Assembly: GCA_964016885.1 (NCBI GenBank) | Contig: OZ024740.1 | Location: forward strand, 155,806,001 to 155,870,000 | Reading direction: 5' to 3' | DNA: 64,000 bases | Source: Eledone cirrhosa | Taxonomy: Eukaryota | Part shown: one piece after another, positions 1-13,019 of the stretch | Layout: the number at the start of each line of letters is the position of its first letter | Position numbering within the stretch: position 1 is the first letter of the stretch | The notes under the pieces: model-generated | Told to the model about the DNA's origin: nothing | Databases searched by the model: none | What the model saw: only the letters and a program-made list of their open reading frames with translations | Made by a program: the position numbers and the translations under genes

Positions 1-1150
1 AGTGTACTGCTTACCAGGGGCAGGTTGGTACATGACAACGGTTTTCTTGAGACTGACAGTCAATCCTAGGGCAGTGCAAGCGTCAGAAAATGCATTCAAA
101 ATGTGCTGCATATCACTCTCTGTGTGCGCTACAAGATCGCAATCATCTGCATACAAGAGGTCTCTTATGATTGATGTAAATACTTTTATCTTTGCAGCAA
201 AGCGCCTGATGTTAAATATGCTGCCTGAGGTTCGATATCGGATGTAAACACCATGCTCGCAATTCCTGAATGCAATACAGAAAACCATTGCAAAGTATAT
301 GGCAAACAGGGTCGGTGCTGGAATATCCCCCTGTTTCACTCCATTTTTTACTGAGATAGGCTCCGACATGTTACCTCCGACATTAACCCAAGCCTTCATG
401 TCGTCATGGAAAGACCTAACTAAAGCAAGGAACTTATCAGGGCAACCAAGTTTCTGGAGAACCTTCCATAATGCATCTCTGTTAACAGTATCGAAAGCTT
501 TTGTCAGATTGACAAAAACCTGATACAGATCCAAACCCTGTTCCATGCACTTCTCCTGGAGCTGTCTAGCTGAGAAGATTATATCAGTAGTGCCGCGTCC
601 AGCACGAAAACCAGATTGACTTTCAGGAAGAACACAATCTGCAATGTGTGTCAGCAGACGGTCCAGAAGCACCCTACATAAAACTTTCCCTACGACAGAA
701 AGCAATGATATACCTCTGTAGTTCCCACAATCATTCCTGTTACCCTTTCCCTTGTACAAGACCACCATTACTGCATCTCTCCAGTCCTCAGGTATGGAAT
801 CATTAGCCCATATCCTGCCAAACAAAGAGTGAAGATGTTGCAGGAGTCTCTCACCACCATATTGTAGGAGCTCAGCATGTATGCCATCCATACCCGGAGA
901 CCTTCCACTGTTCAGCTTCGAGATAGCCACTGCAACCTCCACAAGCGTCGGAGGTTCTGCGAGAGCTACTTTCACAGGACTTTCTGGAATGAGATTGAGG
1001 AAATATTCACTGACGAGAGACGGCTGATTCAAAAGATCATCAAAGTGCTCTCGCCACCTTCGTAGAATTGTTTGTGAGTCACGAAGAAGTTCTTAGCCAT
1101 CCTTGCTGCGAAGCAGTGTCACCAGAGAAGAAGACGGTCCATAAACCTCA
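1..1150 (-). mobile_element. RTE-clade LINE reverse transcriptase fragment (runs off window start)
   Basis: Manual minus-strand translation: IPEDWRDAVMVVLYKGKG..CGNYRGISLLS..LPESQSGFRAGRGT..LTKAFDTVNR..GVKQG..LLYADD. One in-frame stop near 1095. Interrupted at about 1148 by PLE-1. Confidence 0.9.
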
Positions 1151-1527
1151 TCCAATAAATATTTATTTTTTCACTTCATCTTAAAAGTTACGCTAGTACA
1201 ACAACCTATCACTTAGGGCTTTCTCTTTCTCTTTCTCTTTCTTTTTTCTTTTTTCTTCTCTTTCTTTTTCTCTTTTCTTATTTTCCTCTTAGAGTTTGTT
1301 CTTTTTTCTCTTTTTTCTCTTTCTCTTTTTTCTCTTTTTCTTTTCTTTCCCTTTTTTCCATACTTCAACGGCTTATTTTAAATGTACTGTGATTTTAACA
1401 TACCCGACACTAATTTGCATAATAGACTAAATCAATTTAATAACCCCACTATCCGGGAGCTTCCAACAGAAATGGTTGTATTCTCTAAGGGTATGTCAAT
1501 ATTTATTTATAAAACTGATCTATATTA

Positions 1528-1592
1528 TATTTTATCTGATGAAAGCGCACCCTAATTTAACTTGGTGTCCTTGAAATATGTATAATGAAATA
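1528..1592 (+). ncRNA. Type I hammerhead ribozyme in PLE-1 5' pLTR
   Basis: tattttat-CTGATGA-aagcgcacc..ggtgtcctt-GAAA-tatgta-TA-atgaaata. Stem III is self-complementary (dimer type). Confidence 0.85.
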
Positions 1593-1775
1593 AATATGGT
1601 TTTATAAATATAGTTTCCATTTGTTAATATATCGTATTTTTACTCCAATAATTTGTTGAGTGCTTTATATCAGTTAAAAAAATATTTGTTTGTTGTATCC
1701 CAACAATTTAAATAGAACTTCTACATATATTCTGCTCCCTTATTGTCGAGCGCTTTATATTATAACTAAAAAATA

Positions 1776-4006
1776 ATGGAATTCTTTAAGATCTCTTCTT
1801 CTCTAAAGGACATACCTATACCTAGGAATAAAGACTTTATTAAACAATTAATAGAAAAATCAGACTCTTTTATAAGAAGAATCAGGTGGCGTGCTTTCCA
1901 CTTTGATAAATCTGATGTAAAAGAGAATGTTTCCAATCTTGATAAAATCTTCAAATCTACCCCCCCCCCCCCCCAACAAACTACTAATGGATTTTGAAAA
2001 TGAAATCATATCTATCATCCAAAGCATCAAATTCAAAAACAACTTCATAGGCCAGGATTACCTAAGAAATATCAAAAATAATATTGAAAACTTGGAGAAA
2101 ACGGAAAAAATTCTAGTCAAGTCAGACAAAACCAATAATCTTTACGGAATACAAAAGGATATCTATAACGATCTTATATTAAAGGAATTAAGGAAGAAAT
2201 ACAAAATAACAACTAATGACGACCTTGAAAAATTTAATACAGATGCCTCTTATATAATGCATGAATTAGGCATTGAAAATAGGACACAACCTTTCATGCC
2301 AAGGAAACCAAAAATTAATATGAAGGACCACAAAAGGAACTTTGAAACTGAATTACCAGTCAGATTAATTGCACCATCTAAATCGGACCTTGGCATACTT
2401 AGCAAGAATATTTTAGACAGAATAATACCACAAATTAAGGAATTATCTTATTTAAAATTATGGAAAGGAAATAATGAAGTTATCGAATGGTTTAAGGAAA
2501 TTAAATATAACTATAATAAGTTTATTCAATTGGATATTGCTAATTATTACTCATCCATCACTCCTAATCTACTTAATAAAGCACTAACATATGCATTTAA
2601 ACATACAGACTTAACTAGTAATGAAATGCACATTATCTTAACGGCACGGAAAACATTAATTGAATTTAACAACCAACTCTGGACTAGAGCAGATAGAAAT
2701 AATAATTTCGATATCACTATGGGATCATCCGATTCCGCTCAGGTAACGGATCTTGTGGGGCTTTTTATAAATAATTCTCTACATAGAAAAATATCTGAGA
2801 TGGCCGGAGGTTTATATCGTGACGACATGCTATTACTTATCGAAAATAATAACTGAATTAAATAGGAAAAGAAAAGAAATTATACAATTTTTTAATTACC
2901 TTAATCTAAAAGTAGAAATAGAGAATAACCATAAAATAGTTAATTTTCTAGATGTAACCTTAAACCTTAACACATATCTTCATTATCCATTTCACAAACT
3001 AAACGAGAACTTAAACTACGTTAATTTTAACTCTAATCACCCCAGATCCGTTAAAAATACTACAGTGAATTCTGTACAGCAACGCATTTCTAGAATTTCA
3101 GCTAATAGGAATATATTTGATGATAAAGCACATTATTACAACAAAGCGTTAGGTAGAGCTGGATATAGAAATAAAATTAAATACATTGATAATAATAATA
3201 TAACAACTAACCATAATCTTAACAATTTTAACAACTATAATAGAAAACCTTACAATAATTCGGAAAACAAAAAAAGAAATAGAACTAGGAATATATTATG
3301 GTTCGCTCCTACTTTCTCATTAAATATTAAAACTCCTATTGCTAAACTATTCTTTAAAGCTCTTGACAAATGCTTCCCTAGAACACATAGATACTCAATA
3401 TTTAATAGACATACTATAAAATTAACTTATTCATCCACCAAAAATTTAGCGCAGAATACTAATAGAATTAATAATAGAAATTTAAAACCTAACCAAAATA
3501 CCAATAATAACCCCAGCAATATCCAATTTACTAATACAGCTCAATTTAATAATACAGCTCCTAGTAACTTACATTTTGATAAATGTAACTGTAGAAATAA
3601 ATCTAACTGTCCGTTAAATAACAATTGTTTAGCTAAACATATAGTATATAATTGTAATGTAAAAACTAATATAAATTCATTTAATTATGTAGGATCTACT
3701 TCCACAGATTTTAAATCTCGTTTTAATAACCATAAATGCTCTTTTACGCATTTAAACAAAAAATCTTCAACTTCTCTATCTAGCTTATTATGGGACCTTA
3801 AATTTAAGAACGTTAAATATTCGTTACTTTGGAATATTATTTCAAAAGCTACTCCATTTCACTCCTCTTCCGAAAATTGCGATCTTTGTATAGAGGAAAT
3901 ATTCTTTATATTAAAAGGCAAAAATTCCCTGAACGTAAGAAGCAATCTTTTCAGTTGCTGCAAACATAGATTGAATTCAACGTTTAAATATAAATTTAAA
4001 ATGTAA
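1776..4006 (+). pseudogene. PLE-1 RT/GIY-YIG ORF with two frameshifts
   Basis: ORFs 1776-1997, 1927-2856 and 2819-4006. Motifs KSDKT, LDIANYY, FDITMGS, GLYRDD, CNCRNKSNCPL, IVYNC..YVGST, CDLCIEE. Shifts at poly-C (~1960-1975) and at ~2850. Confidence 0.9.
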
Positions 4007-4161
4007 TATATAACTCATTCTATTAAATATATTGAACCTATCGATAAATCATTAGATTCCTTCATTTGACTGCTTAAAACTCTCATTATAAAAAAATTTT
4101 TTTCCTAGAAAATTTTTCTAGATAAACATACTGAAAGCTCTTAAAAGGGAAAAATATTTTC

Positions 4162-4286
4162 TTTGAAAGTTTCTCCTATTTTTGAAAGTTTCTCTTTTTT
4201 GAAAGTTTCTCTTTTTTGAAAGTTTCTCTTTTTTGAAAGTTTCTCTTTTTTGAAAGTTTCTCTTTCTTTTTCTTTGAAAATTTCTC
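4162..4286. repeat. 17-bp minisatellite (TTTTTTGAAAGTTTCTC)~7 in PLE-1 3' UTR
   Basis: Read directly from the sequence. Confidence 0.9.
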
Positions 4287-5046
4287 ATATGGTTATAAAA
4301 AATTAAGTTAAACATACTGAGAGTTAAATATTATATATCTAAAAAAATTTAAATTCATTTTTATACTGAATTTTTAGACATATTCTTATTTTTAAAATTA
4401 TATCTTAAAATATTTTTTAATATTTTTAAAAATTATATTGCTTCAAAGTTATATTGCTTAAAATTGTATGAATATATTTCCAAATCGTAATTCCTTTTAA
4501 AACTATAATTGATTTTTATTTTATTTTATTTTATATATTATGTACTTTAAATATATTATGTACTTTATATTTATCTCTCTCTCTCTCTATATATATATGT
4601 ATGATGCATGTCTGCCTGTATGTGTATATATATGTGTATGTGTATCTATGAAGGGGTTGTGTATATGTATATGTATATATACATACAATTCGAATACACT
4701 CTGTTATAAAGGATTTCTTACGGTTTATGCTAAACAAACTTATATAATAAAAGTCACAACTACATAACAGGTGGATTTATTAGATATAAAATTATAACTT
4801 ACTATTAAATAATATAAGGTTTGTATAATCTTAAATTTCCTTTATTATCTTAACATTTATAACATTTAATATAAGTAAATAACTTAATTTCCTTCACGCT
4901 GTTTTGCTATTACATAGAAATGATTTTTCTCCGAATTTTTCTCCGATTTCTCCGAAAAATCTATAAGTTTAGAAAAATTCCTATATCTTAAACATAAAAA
5001 ATCTTTTATTGTATGTATATATATGTATGTCTATGTATATATATAT

Positions 5047-5143
<97 letters not shown>

Positions 5144-5753
5144 TGTGTGTATATATATGAATATATCTTTTTAATAATATATAGATTTTTAATAATATAT
5201 AGTTTTGATAATATATAGATTTTAATAATATATAGATCTCAATAATTTAATTGATAATTTAATTGATAAATTAAACATTTAATCATATTTAAACACTGGA
5301 TAACATTCTCCAGTTATTATTTATTTATTTATTTTCTATTCACGCTTATTTACTCTTCCTAACTCATCCAATAAATATTTATTTTTTTCACTTCATCTTA
5401 AACGTTACGCTAATACAACAACCTATCACTTAGAGCTTTCTCTTTCTCTTTCTTTTTTCTTTTTTCTTTTTTCTTCTCTTTCTCTTTCTCTTTCTCTTTT
5501 CTTATTTTCCTCTTAGAGTTTGCTCTTTTTTTTCTTTTTTCTCTTTTTCTCTTTTTTCTCTTTTTCTTTTCTTTCCCTTTTTTCCATACTTCAACGGCTT
5601 ATTTTAAATCTATTGTGATTTTAACATATCCGACACTAATTTGCATAATAAACTAAATAAATTTAATAACCCCACTATCCGGGAGCTTCCAACAGAAATG
5701 GTCGCATTCTCTAAGGGTATGTCAATATTTATTTATAAAACTGATCTATATTA

Positions 5754-5818
5754 TATTTTATCTGATGAAAGCGCACCATAATTTAACTTGGTGTCTTTGA
5801 AATATGTATAATGAAATA
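5754..5818 (+). ncRNA. Hammerhead ribozyme in PLE-1 3' pLTR
   Basis: Second copy of the 1528-1592 motif. Confidence 0.85.
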
Positions 5819-6336
5819 AATATGGTTTTATAAATATAGTTTCCATTTGTTAATATATAGTATTTTTACTCCAATAATTTGTTGAGTGCTTTATATCAGT
5901 TATAAAAATATTTGCTTGTTGTATCCCAACAATTTAAATAGAACTTCTACATATATATATATATATATGTATGTATATGTGGGTATATACATCACAGACC
6001 AGATTTCAAACGACCAGATTTCAACCCCAACATCTACAACAACAACACCGGCACTAATGTTTACAGCAACAACAGCTTCAGAATGAATTGAAATGAACAT
6101 TTACAACAACAGCAGCGGCATCAAATGGTAAAAAAAAACCAAAAAAAAACCAAAAAAAAAACAAACAAATAAACAAAAAAAAACTCAAAATAACAAAACA
6201 CACACACACGCACAGAACACAACAACATCAACTGCCACCACCACCACCGCCGCCGCCATCACCATGACCAGCGACCGGGCCTTAAGAAAACAACTTCAAT
6301 ACATATATATATATATATACATATATACATATACTT

Positions 6337-6783
6337 ATGAAAACCCGCCTCTTCATTGCTGTAGTGGTGTCTGTGCTGCTGTACAGGTCTGAGACTTGGA
6401 CACTGACCAAGAAACTCACTCAGATGGTGGATGGGTGCTACACGAGAATGCTGAGGATGGCTCTGAACATTAATCAGTATACACTGAGGATGAAAAACTC
6501 AGAGCTGTATGGGAGCCTCCCAAAAGTCAGCTTAAAAGTGACACAGAGGAGACTGAGGTTAGCTGGACATACCCACCGACATCCAGAGTTGACATTGCAC
6601 TCAGTGCTCCTGTGGGAGCCCCTACATGGGCACACTGGAAGAGGAAGACCAAGGTTAACGTATGTTGATGCCCTAAGGACAGACACTGGTTTGTTAGAGA
6701 TGCAGGACATGGAAGAGATAATGAGGGACAGGGACTGCTGGAGAGAACTCGTCCATGGATCTCGGGAATTTTACCCGACCTAG
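6337..6783 (+). mobile_element. 3' end of RTE/RTEX-like LINE (5'-truncated)
   Basis: [39 protein letters not shown], a typical RTE C-terminus. Confidence 0.85.
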
Positions 6784-6812
6784 AAAAAAAAATATATATA
6801 TATACATATATA

Positions 6813-7607
6813 TTCATCCTCAGTGTATACTGATTAATGCTCAGAGCCATCCTCAGCATTCTCGTGTAGCACCCATCCACCATCTGAGTGAGTTTCTTGG
6901 TCAGTGTCCAAGTCTCAGACCCGTACAGCAGCACAGACTCCACTACAGCAATGAAGAGGCGGATCTTTAGGTCTTCACGAAGGTCCGACTTCCATAGTGA
7001 TCTCAAGCTGTGGAACGCTGCCCAGGCTTTTCTCTTCCTCTCAACCACATCATCTTCCGTATTCCCAATCTTTGCTCGCAAATACAGGGAGTCCTCAACT
7101 AATTCCAGCGGCTTCCCGCCTACATTAGTAATCCCCCTTGGCTTCTCAACATTCTCTACCAGACATTTTGTCTTAGTCTCATTCATTCTCAGCCTCACAC
7201 TCATCGACACAGTCTCAAATGCCTGCATCAAATCCTCTGCCTCCTTCACTGTATTTGTCACCAAAACTATGTCGTCGTCAAATTCAGCATCCGATATATT
7301 TTTCGCCTTAACTTTCCTGCTCTGAGCCGTATGGGAGCCTTCCAAAAGTCAGCTCAAAGGTGACACAGAGGAGACTGAGGTTAGCTGGACATGCTCACCG
7401 ACATCCAGAGTTGACACTGCACTCAGTGCTCCTGTTGGAGCCCGTACATGGACAAACTGGAAGAGGAAGACCAAGGTTAACGTATGTTGATGCCCCAAGG
7501 ACAGTCACTGGTCTGTTGGAGACGCAGGACATAATGAGGGACAGAGACCGGTGGAGAGAACTCGTCCATGGATCTCAGCAATTTTACCCGCCCTAGATAG
7601 ATAGATA
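6813..7607 (+). mobile_element. RTE/RTEX-like LINE with 5' inversion (6813-7328 minus, 7329-7596 plus) and (TAGA)n tail
   Basis: Minus part encodes ..EFDDDIVL..QYTLRM; plus part resumes at YGSLPKVS..FYPP*. Confidence 0.88.
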
Positions 7608-7648
7608 CATATATATATATACATATATATATATACACATATATATAC

Positions 7649-7679
<31 letters not shown>

Positions 7680-7682
7680 AAT

Positions 7683-8156
7683 ATAAATTAGCGAGAATCG
7701 TATTTCGGCTATTGGAAATTAGCGAAAAACAACTTCCGAGATGTGTGGCAAGCGCTCAATAGAATCTAACGAACCAGAGCTACAACATAAGTTAAAAGGC
7801 CAAACACACTGAGACGATGGTTAAACCATTATCTGCACCGCCATAGAAACGACCAAGTAATTCGGGTCAAACAAATAAAATATGATTGAAAAATTTACCC
7901 GGACCCCTGGATGGTTGGTGAAAATCCAGCATTTGGGTTTCTGCGACTCCTAAATCAAGTACTGTCCGCTTAGACAAATAATGTTAAGCTTTTGGTAACA
8001 TGATTGAATAAGGACGTCACTTTCTCAACAGGCTTTTAGTTCAAGTGCCAGGCCAAGGATTGACCGTTACCAAAACCCACGTGGGGCTCGACAAAGGAGG
8101 CAACCCTTAGTTTTGGCGGATGAATTCAGTATGTGTATTATTATTGCAAAATTGCA
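7683..8156 (-). mobile_element. Non-coding HHR-bearing unit (family C-like) between (TA)n tracts
   Basis: No ORF. Carries the variant HHR at 7897-8033 and GAGCGCT at 7751-7757. Confidence 0.65.
7897..8033 (-). ncRNA. Variant hammerhead (U3-A8 core, extended stems II and III, GUC site)
   Basis: gcctg-TTGAGAA-agtgacgtcct..aggagtcgca-GAAA-ccc..ctggat/atccag..ggg-TC-cgggt. Confidence 0.72.
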
Positions 8157-8222
8157 ATATATATATATATACACACATATATATATATACATATATATAC
8201 ATATATATACATATATATATAC

Positions 8223-8357
<135 letters not shown>

Positions 8358-8436
8358 CATATATATATACATATATATATATATATACATACATATATAT
8401 ATATACATATATATATATATACATATATATATATAC

Positions 8437-8507
<71 letters not shown>

Positions 8508-9000
8508 TAAAAACGAATAACGAAACGAAATTAAATTTCGTTTCGCTTCTAACTCACTTTTGTATGACTGACGCTTAAACAATTAAGTTAAAGTGTACAT
8601 CTACATATGTATACGGAAGTATTAGTGTGCATATAAATACACACATGTATACACATGTACATGTACTGAGTTTTTCACTAGACACTTTACAGTGAGTGTC
8701 AGCTAGTCTGTATGTAACCACACAGACGGACCGGGTTTTAGAGTCATACGAGTTTTCAAGGAAACACATTTCCTCTATTCTCCAGAGGGCCAGACAGGAA
8801 TATTGGACTAGTTTCGATGTTATTACATCTCATCAGCAATATTTACCCATCTTCCGGCTTCTCTGGAGAATTGTAAAAGCACATATCGTTATATGCTTTT
8901 TCTATGAAAATTAGTAGTGGGTAGACTAATTTGCATAGAACGTTGGAGAATAGAGGAAATGTGTTTCCTTGAAAACTCGTATGACTCTAAAACCCGGTCC
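8508..9000 (-). mobile_element. Retrozyme-like family A copy with short inverted segment (8944-9000)
   Basis: Homologous to the 465-bp unit at 17347-18482. Canonical HHR at 8799-8843 (minus). Confidence 0.85.
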
Positions 9001-10133
9001 AAAATACTAAAGGGGCCAAAATACTAAAGAGACTACCACGAAATAAACAATAAAGGTATCCATCCCGGGCCAGCAACGACCCAGTGCAGCAAAGTGAACT
9101 TGTACGAGATAATAACGAGTACCCCCACCACCCCCTCCCCTAGTCTATGATAGATTTGGCGGACTCCGCCCTTTATGGCAGTTGGCTTAGACCCCGGATA
9201 CTTGCCCCCTTTTTCCGACCGCTCCCACTATTCTCTGTGCCCTCTATATTTCTTAGTGGCACTTATGCCTTATTTTTTCGTTTCAGTATTTCTTGCTTCG
9301 CTTTTCTTCTGGGCGGGGTGGATTCTGAATTTATTTCTCCGTATTCTACCTTTATTTCGTACGAACTTTCTTGTAGCTTGTTTTAGATTTTTTAGAGTTA
9401 GCATTAGTTTATATTTTTCTCGGGACTCAGAATTATTATCTCGTACAAGTTCACTTTGCTGCACTAGGTCGTTGCTGGCCCGGGATGGATACCTTTATTG
9501 TTTATTTCGTGATAGTCTCTTTAGTATTTTGGCCCCTTTTGTTGACCCGTCACCGTATCATTTACGTACTTATACCTCTTAAAAGGGTCCTTGCCTATCC
9601 GTCCCACCTAGTTCTTTTACTTATTTCGTTATTTCTTTATTTATTTATTTCTTTACTTCTTTCTTTCTTTCTTTATTTTATTCTAGCCTAACAATAGCCT
9701 GAGACCTAGGTCGTAGAATTTAATTTACTTTACTTTTTTCTTTACACTTATTTGCTTTTCGTCACTCTCAGTTTTTTTCTTTCCTATATATTTCTACCCC
9801 CATTGTTCTACCTACCGTTCCGACTTCCTCCCCCTCCCCCTCCCCTGTATCTTCTTTGACCTCATGCCCAGCTGTAGCTGGCACTACCAACGCTTGATTG
9901 GGTCTACTCCACCCCCTCCCCTCTTTCTCCTACTGGTAGGTTTAGCCACCATCTTCCCTACTAATTTGCAACCACAGAATTACTACTGATTTTTGACAAT
10001 CACTTTGACCATATATGGAATTACCCCTTGAGAAGATCGGCTATTTAAATACCAGGATAAATTTTCATTTAGTCCAGAATTAGCCGTCGAAACGGCTTGA
10101 GCTCAGCTGTCGGGGTCTTACTGGTTCCTATTA
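9001..10133 (+). mobile_element. Solo 3'UTR/pLTR of the PLE-3 family with 5' inversion (~9012-9117 is the reverse complement of 9433-9536)
   Basis: Homologous to the reverse complement of 18660-19706. Confidence 0.8.
10023..10116 (+). ncRNA. Variant hammerhead (U3-A8, long stem II loop, GUC site at 10109-10111)
   Basis: acccc-TTGAGAA-gatcggcta..tagccgtc-GAAA-cggc-t-tgagctca-gctg-TC-ggggt. Confidence 0.78.
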
Positions 10134-10138
10134 CATAC

Positions 10139-10187
<49 letters not shown>

Positions 10188-10198
10188 CATATATATAT

Positions 10199-10309
<111 letters not shown>

Positions 10310-10312
10310 CAT

Positions 10313-10374
<62 letters not shown>

Positions 10375-10516
10375 CAGTGAGGTTTTTTTTACAAAATGAA
10401 AATTAACCGAGGTGTCCTACACGAGTGGAAGTATAAAGAAAAGGGGATGAAATCGAAAATGCAACTGAAGTCTTATTTTTTAAAAAATATATATATTTAT
10501 TTGGTTCCTTTTGGTT

Positions 10517-10554
10517 CCTTTACCGGTTTCGCAGTTCTTCTGCTTTTCAAAAGG
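10517..10554 (-). ncRNA. U3-A8 minimal hammerhead, inverted pLTR copy of PLE-2
   Basis: Reverse complement of the 16315-16352 motif. Confidence 0.72.
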
Positions 10555-11067
10555 TGAGTTGAGATGGAGGGTCTGTGGTTTTTCTCACATCTGGTTGGTC
10601 TCTAAATGTTACTTGTTTTATATGGAAAAACTGGCTCGAAAACCAGGTTTTTCGAGAAGTAATTTGATTGGTTTGTCAATAATTATAATAAATTTCGCGC
10701 CAGTTCGCGTTACAATAGTTCTTCAAATAAGAGAGGGGGGGGGGGGTTTGTCACAGGTTGTTTTTTCATATATGAGTGTTTGAATTTCTTTTTACTTGAA
10801 AAAATGAGGCTCACGAAGGCTTTTTTTGGTTGGTTATAAATGAAATTTGGCTGTCACGTGAACAAGTTTTCATTACATTTTTGCGCCCTTATTTGGAAAA
10901 CTATTCTGTAGTCTATAGTGAATGTTATGACAATGGAGAGATAGTGGTCAAGGGAAAAGGGATTGGGAGAAATGTTCTGGTTCAGTGAATATGGCCAGCT
11001 GTCAGAGTTCAGGTGTCAGAGTTCAGATTTTCTATTGAGACTGAAGATATGTGTTTATTTGTGTGCT

Positions 11068-11117
<50 letters not shown>

Positions 11118-11368
11118 TATTGGAAGATGATTCTATTAGTAGAGATGGGGGAGGGAGTTGTGTGTGTGTGTATATGGGTGTTATGTGTGTGTGTGCGAGT
11201 ATGTTAGATAGAGAGAATATATATTTTTTGTGTGTGTGTATATATATATGTGTGTAGGAAAGTGGTTCTATTAGTAGAAATGGGGAGGGTGTTGTAGGTG
11301 TGGGGGTTTTTATGTGTGTGTATGGGTGTTATGTGTGTGGGAGTATGGTTAGCATGTTAAGATGAAGA

Positions 11369-11425
<57 letters not shown>

Positions 11426-11602
11426 GTGTGTGTATGTGTGTGTGTAGGAAAATGATTCCTTTAGTAGGAATATTTTTGAATGAACATATTTTCCTGACTT
11501 TTTCGTGTTTGCTGTTGTATTGCCAGTTTTTCCATATAAAACAAGTAACATTTAGAGACCAACCAGATGTGAGAAAAACCACAGACCCTCCATCTCAACT
11601 CA

Positions 11603-11640
11603 CCTTTTGAAAAGCAGAAGAACTGCGAAACCGGTAATGG
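11603..11640 (+). ncRNA. U3-A8 minimal hammerhead, PLE-2 5' pLTR
   Basis: cctt-TTGAAAA-gcag-aagaa-ctgc-GAAA-ccgg-TA-atgg (one stem I mismatch). Confidence 0.7.
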
Positions 11641-11813
11641 AACCAAAAGGAACCAAATAAATATATATATTTAAAAAAAAAAAGACTTCAGTTGCATTTT
11701 CGATTTCATCCCTTTTTCTTTATACTTCCACTCGTGTAGGACACCTCGGTTATTTTTCATTTTGTAAAAAAAACCTCACTTTCTAATATATACCCACCAC
11801 ACGAAGACCGAAA

Positions 11814-13019
11814 ATGCCACCAAAGTCTCAACAAAACAACAACTCACTGAACCAGGACATCTTAAATGAACTCAAAGAGATTTCCTCTAAACTCTCAATT
11901 TTGACCAATAAAGTGGACCAAATACACATCTATAAAAAAGGACCCCACGAAGAAACAGAAAATACCCAAGAGACGAATATTACTCCAGTATTAACTAAGC
12001 TAATCGAAACCATTGAAACAACAATGCTCCAAAAGCTTGAACAACCGTTAGAACCCAATCTACGGGATGTCCACTCAGTGAAAAACACCCTAATCAACAT
12101 ATGGACTCAAAAGCTCACAGCCCACAAATTCGCCCTTTGGAATCTCCTAAAAAATAATGGCAAGGCAGACATATATGAAAAGTGGCTAAACTCTACCCCA
12201 ATCATCCTCCCCAAAAAACTCCAAATAAAACCCATCCCGAATGAACCAGAAAACCAACAAAGACTTAGGGAAAAGATGGCATTGGAAAAATTTAAAACAG
12301 AAATAGAACTGTTGCGATTAAGAGCCAACTCCAACGAAGAAAAATTCAAGTCACTCGACCAACAGATGGACACAGAAATCTCAAAGCACTCTGAAGGCCT
12401 ACTCTACAAAAAAAAACCCCTAAAACTTTGGAAAGAAAACTGTGAGGATGAAGAACTCACATCCCTCCAGCGATGGGAAAAAAACGCCACCTGGTTCAAC
12501 AACTACGAAATGGACTTCAAAAATGAACAACATACAGGTAACCCATTTTTAAAACAAACTAAAACTCACACACCACATGCACAACAAATAACAAAAAAAG
12601 TAACAAAACGTCCAACATACCCCCAGCAAAACTATAACGATAATCCCAGAAACCATAGACAAAACTATAACCCTACTAACAAAAACCAAAGATCCCCGAA
12701 CACAAGGCAGGACCTGATCCGCAGATCACAACCCACACAAAACCTATTCCAAAACCGTAGACCCCTGCCCACACAGAGCCTGTTCCAAAACCATAGATCC
12801 CAACCCACACAAAGGAACCAAATCTACAACCCGGACTATCAACAAACCGAACCTCAATACGTCCGAAACTTCTATACAAGACCACACAACAACAGGGGAA
12901 ATACCATTAGATATAATAATACCAATGAAAAAACATTCCAGAAAAATCATTTTTTAGACCAAGGCTACAGGACTCACGACACCCGGTGGCACAAACCGAT
13001 TTTGAAAAACCGAAAATAA
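11814..13019 (+). CDS. PLE-2 upstream ORF1, 401 aa (N-terminal coiled coil, Q/N/R/P-rich disordered C-terminus)
   Basis: Uninterrupted ATG-initiated ORF right after the pLTR. Heptad-like LNQDILNELKEISSKLSILTNKVDQI; 12-aa repeats (RSQPTQNLFQN). Confidence 0.8.
   Translation: MPPKSQQNNNSLNQDILNELKEISSKLSILTNKVDQIHIYKKGPHEETENTQETNITPVLTKLIETIETTMLQKLEQPLEPNLRDVHSVKNTLINIWTQKLTAHKFALWNLLKNNGKADIYEKWLNSTPIILPKKLQIKPIPNEPENQQRLREKMALEKFKTEIELLRLRANSNEEKFKSLDQQMDTEISKHSEGLLYKKKPLKLWKENCEDEELTSLQRWEKNATWFNNYEMDFKNEQHTGNPFLKQTKTHTPHAQQITKKVTKRPTYPQQNYNDNPRNHRQNYNPTNKNQRSPNTRQDLIRRSQPTQNLFQNRRPLPTQSLFQNHRSQPTQRNQIYNPDYQQTEPQYVRNFYTRPHNNRGNTIRYNNTNEKTFQKNHFLDQGYRTHDTRWHKPILKNRK
12950..12956 (+). promoter_or_regulatory. 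Candidate -1 ribosomal frameshift heptamer T TTT TTA
   Basis: X XXY YYZ heptamer in the ORF1 frame (CAT TTT TTA). The -1 frame is open from 12929 straight into ORF2. Confidence 0.65.

Larger units (their letters stand above)
1147..5950 (+). mobile_element. PLE-1, Penelope-like element (YRDD/Hydra-type) with direct pseudo-LTRs
   Basis: RT+GIY-YIG ORF flanked by near-identical ~580 bp direct repeats (1147-1725 and 5363-5950). 3' end runs into (TA)n. Confidence 0.92.

Noticed and set aside
4162-4286. CRISPR-like appearance of GAAA-containing repeats
   Set aside because: No spacers and no cas genes; a plain 17-bp minisatellite in a eukaryotic UTR.
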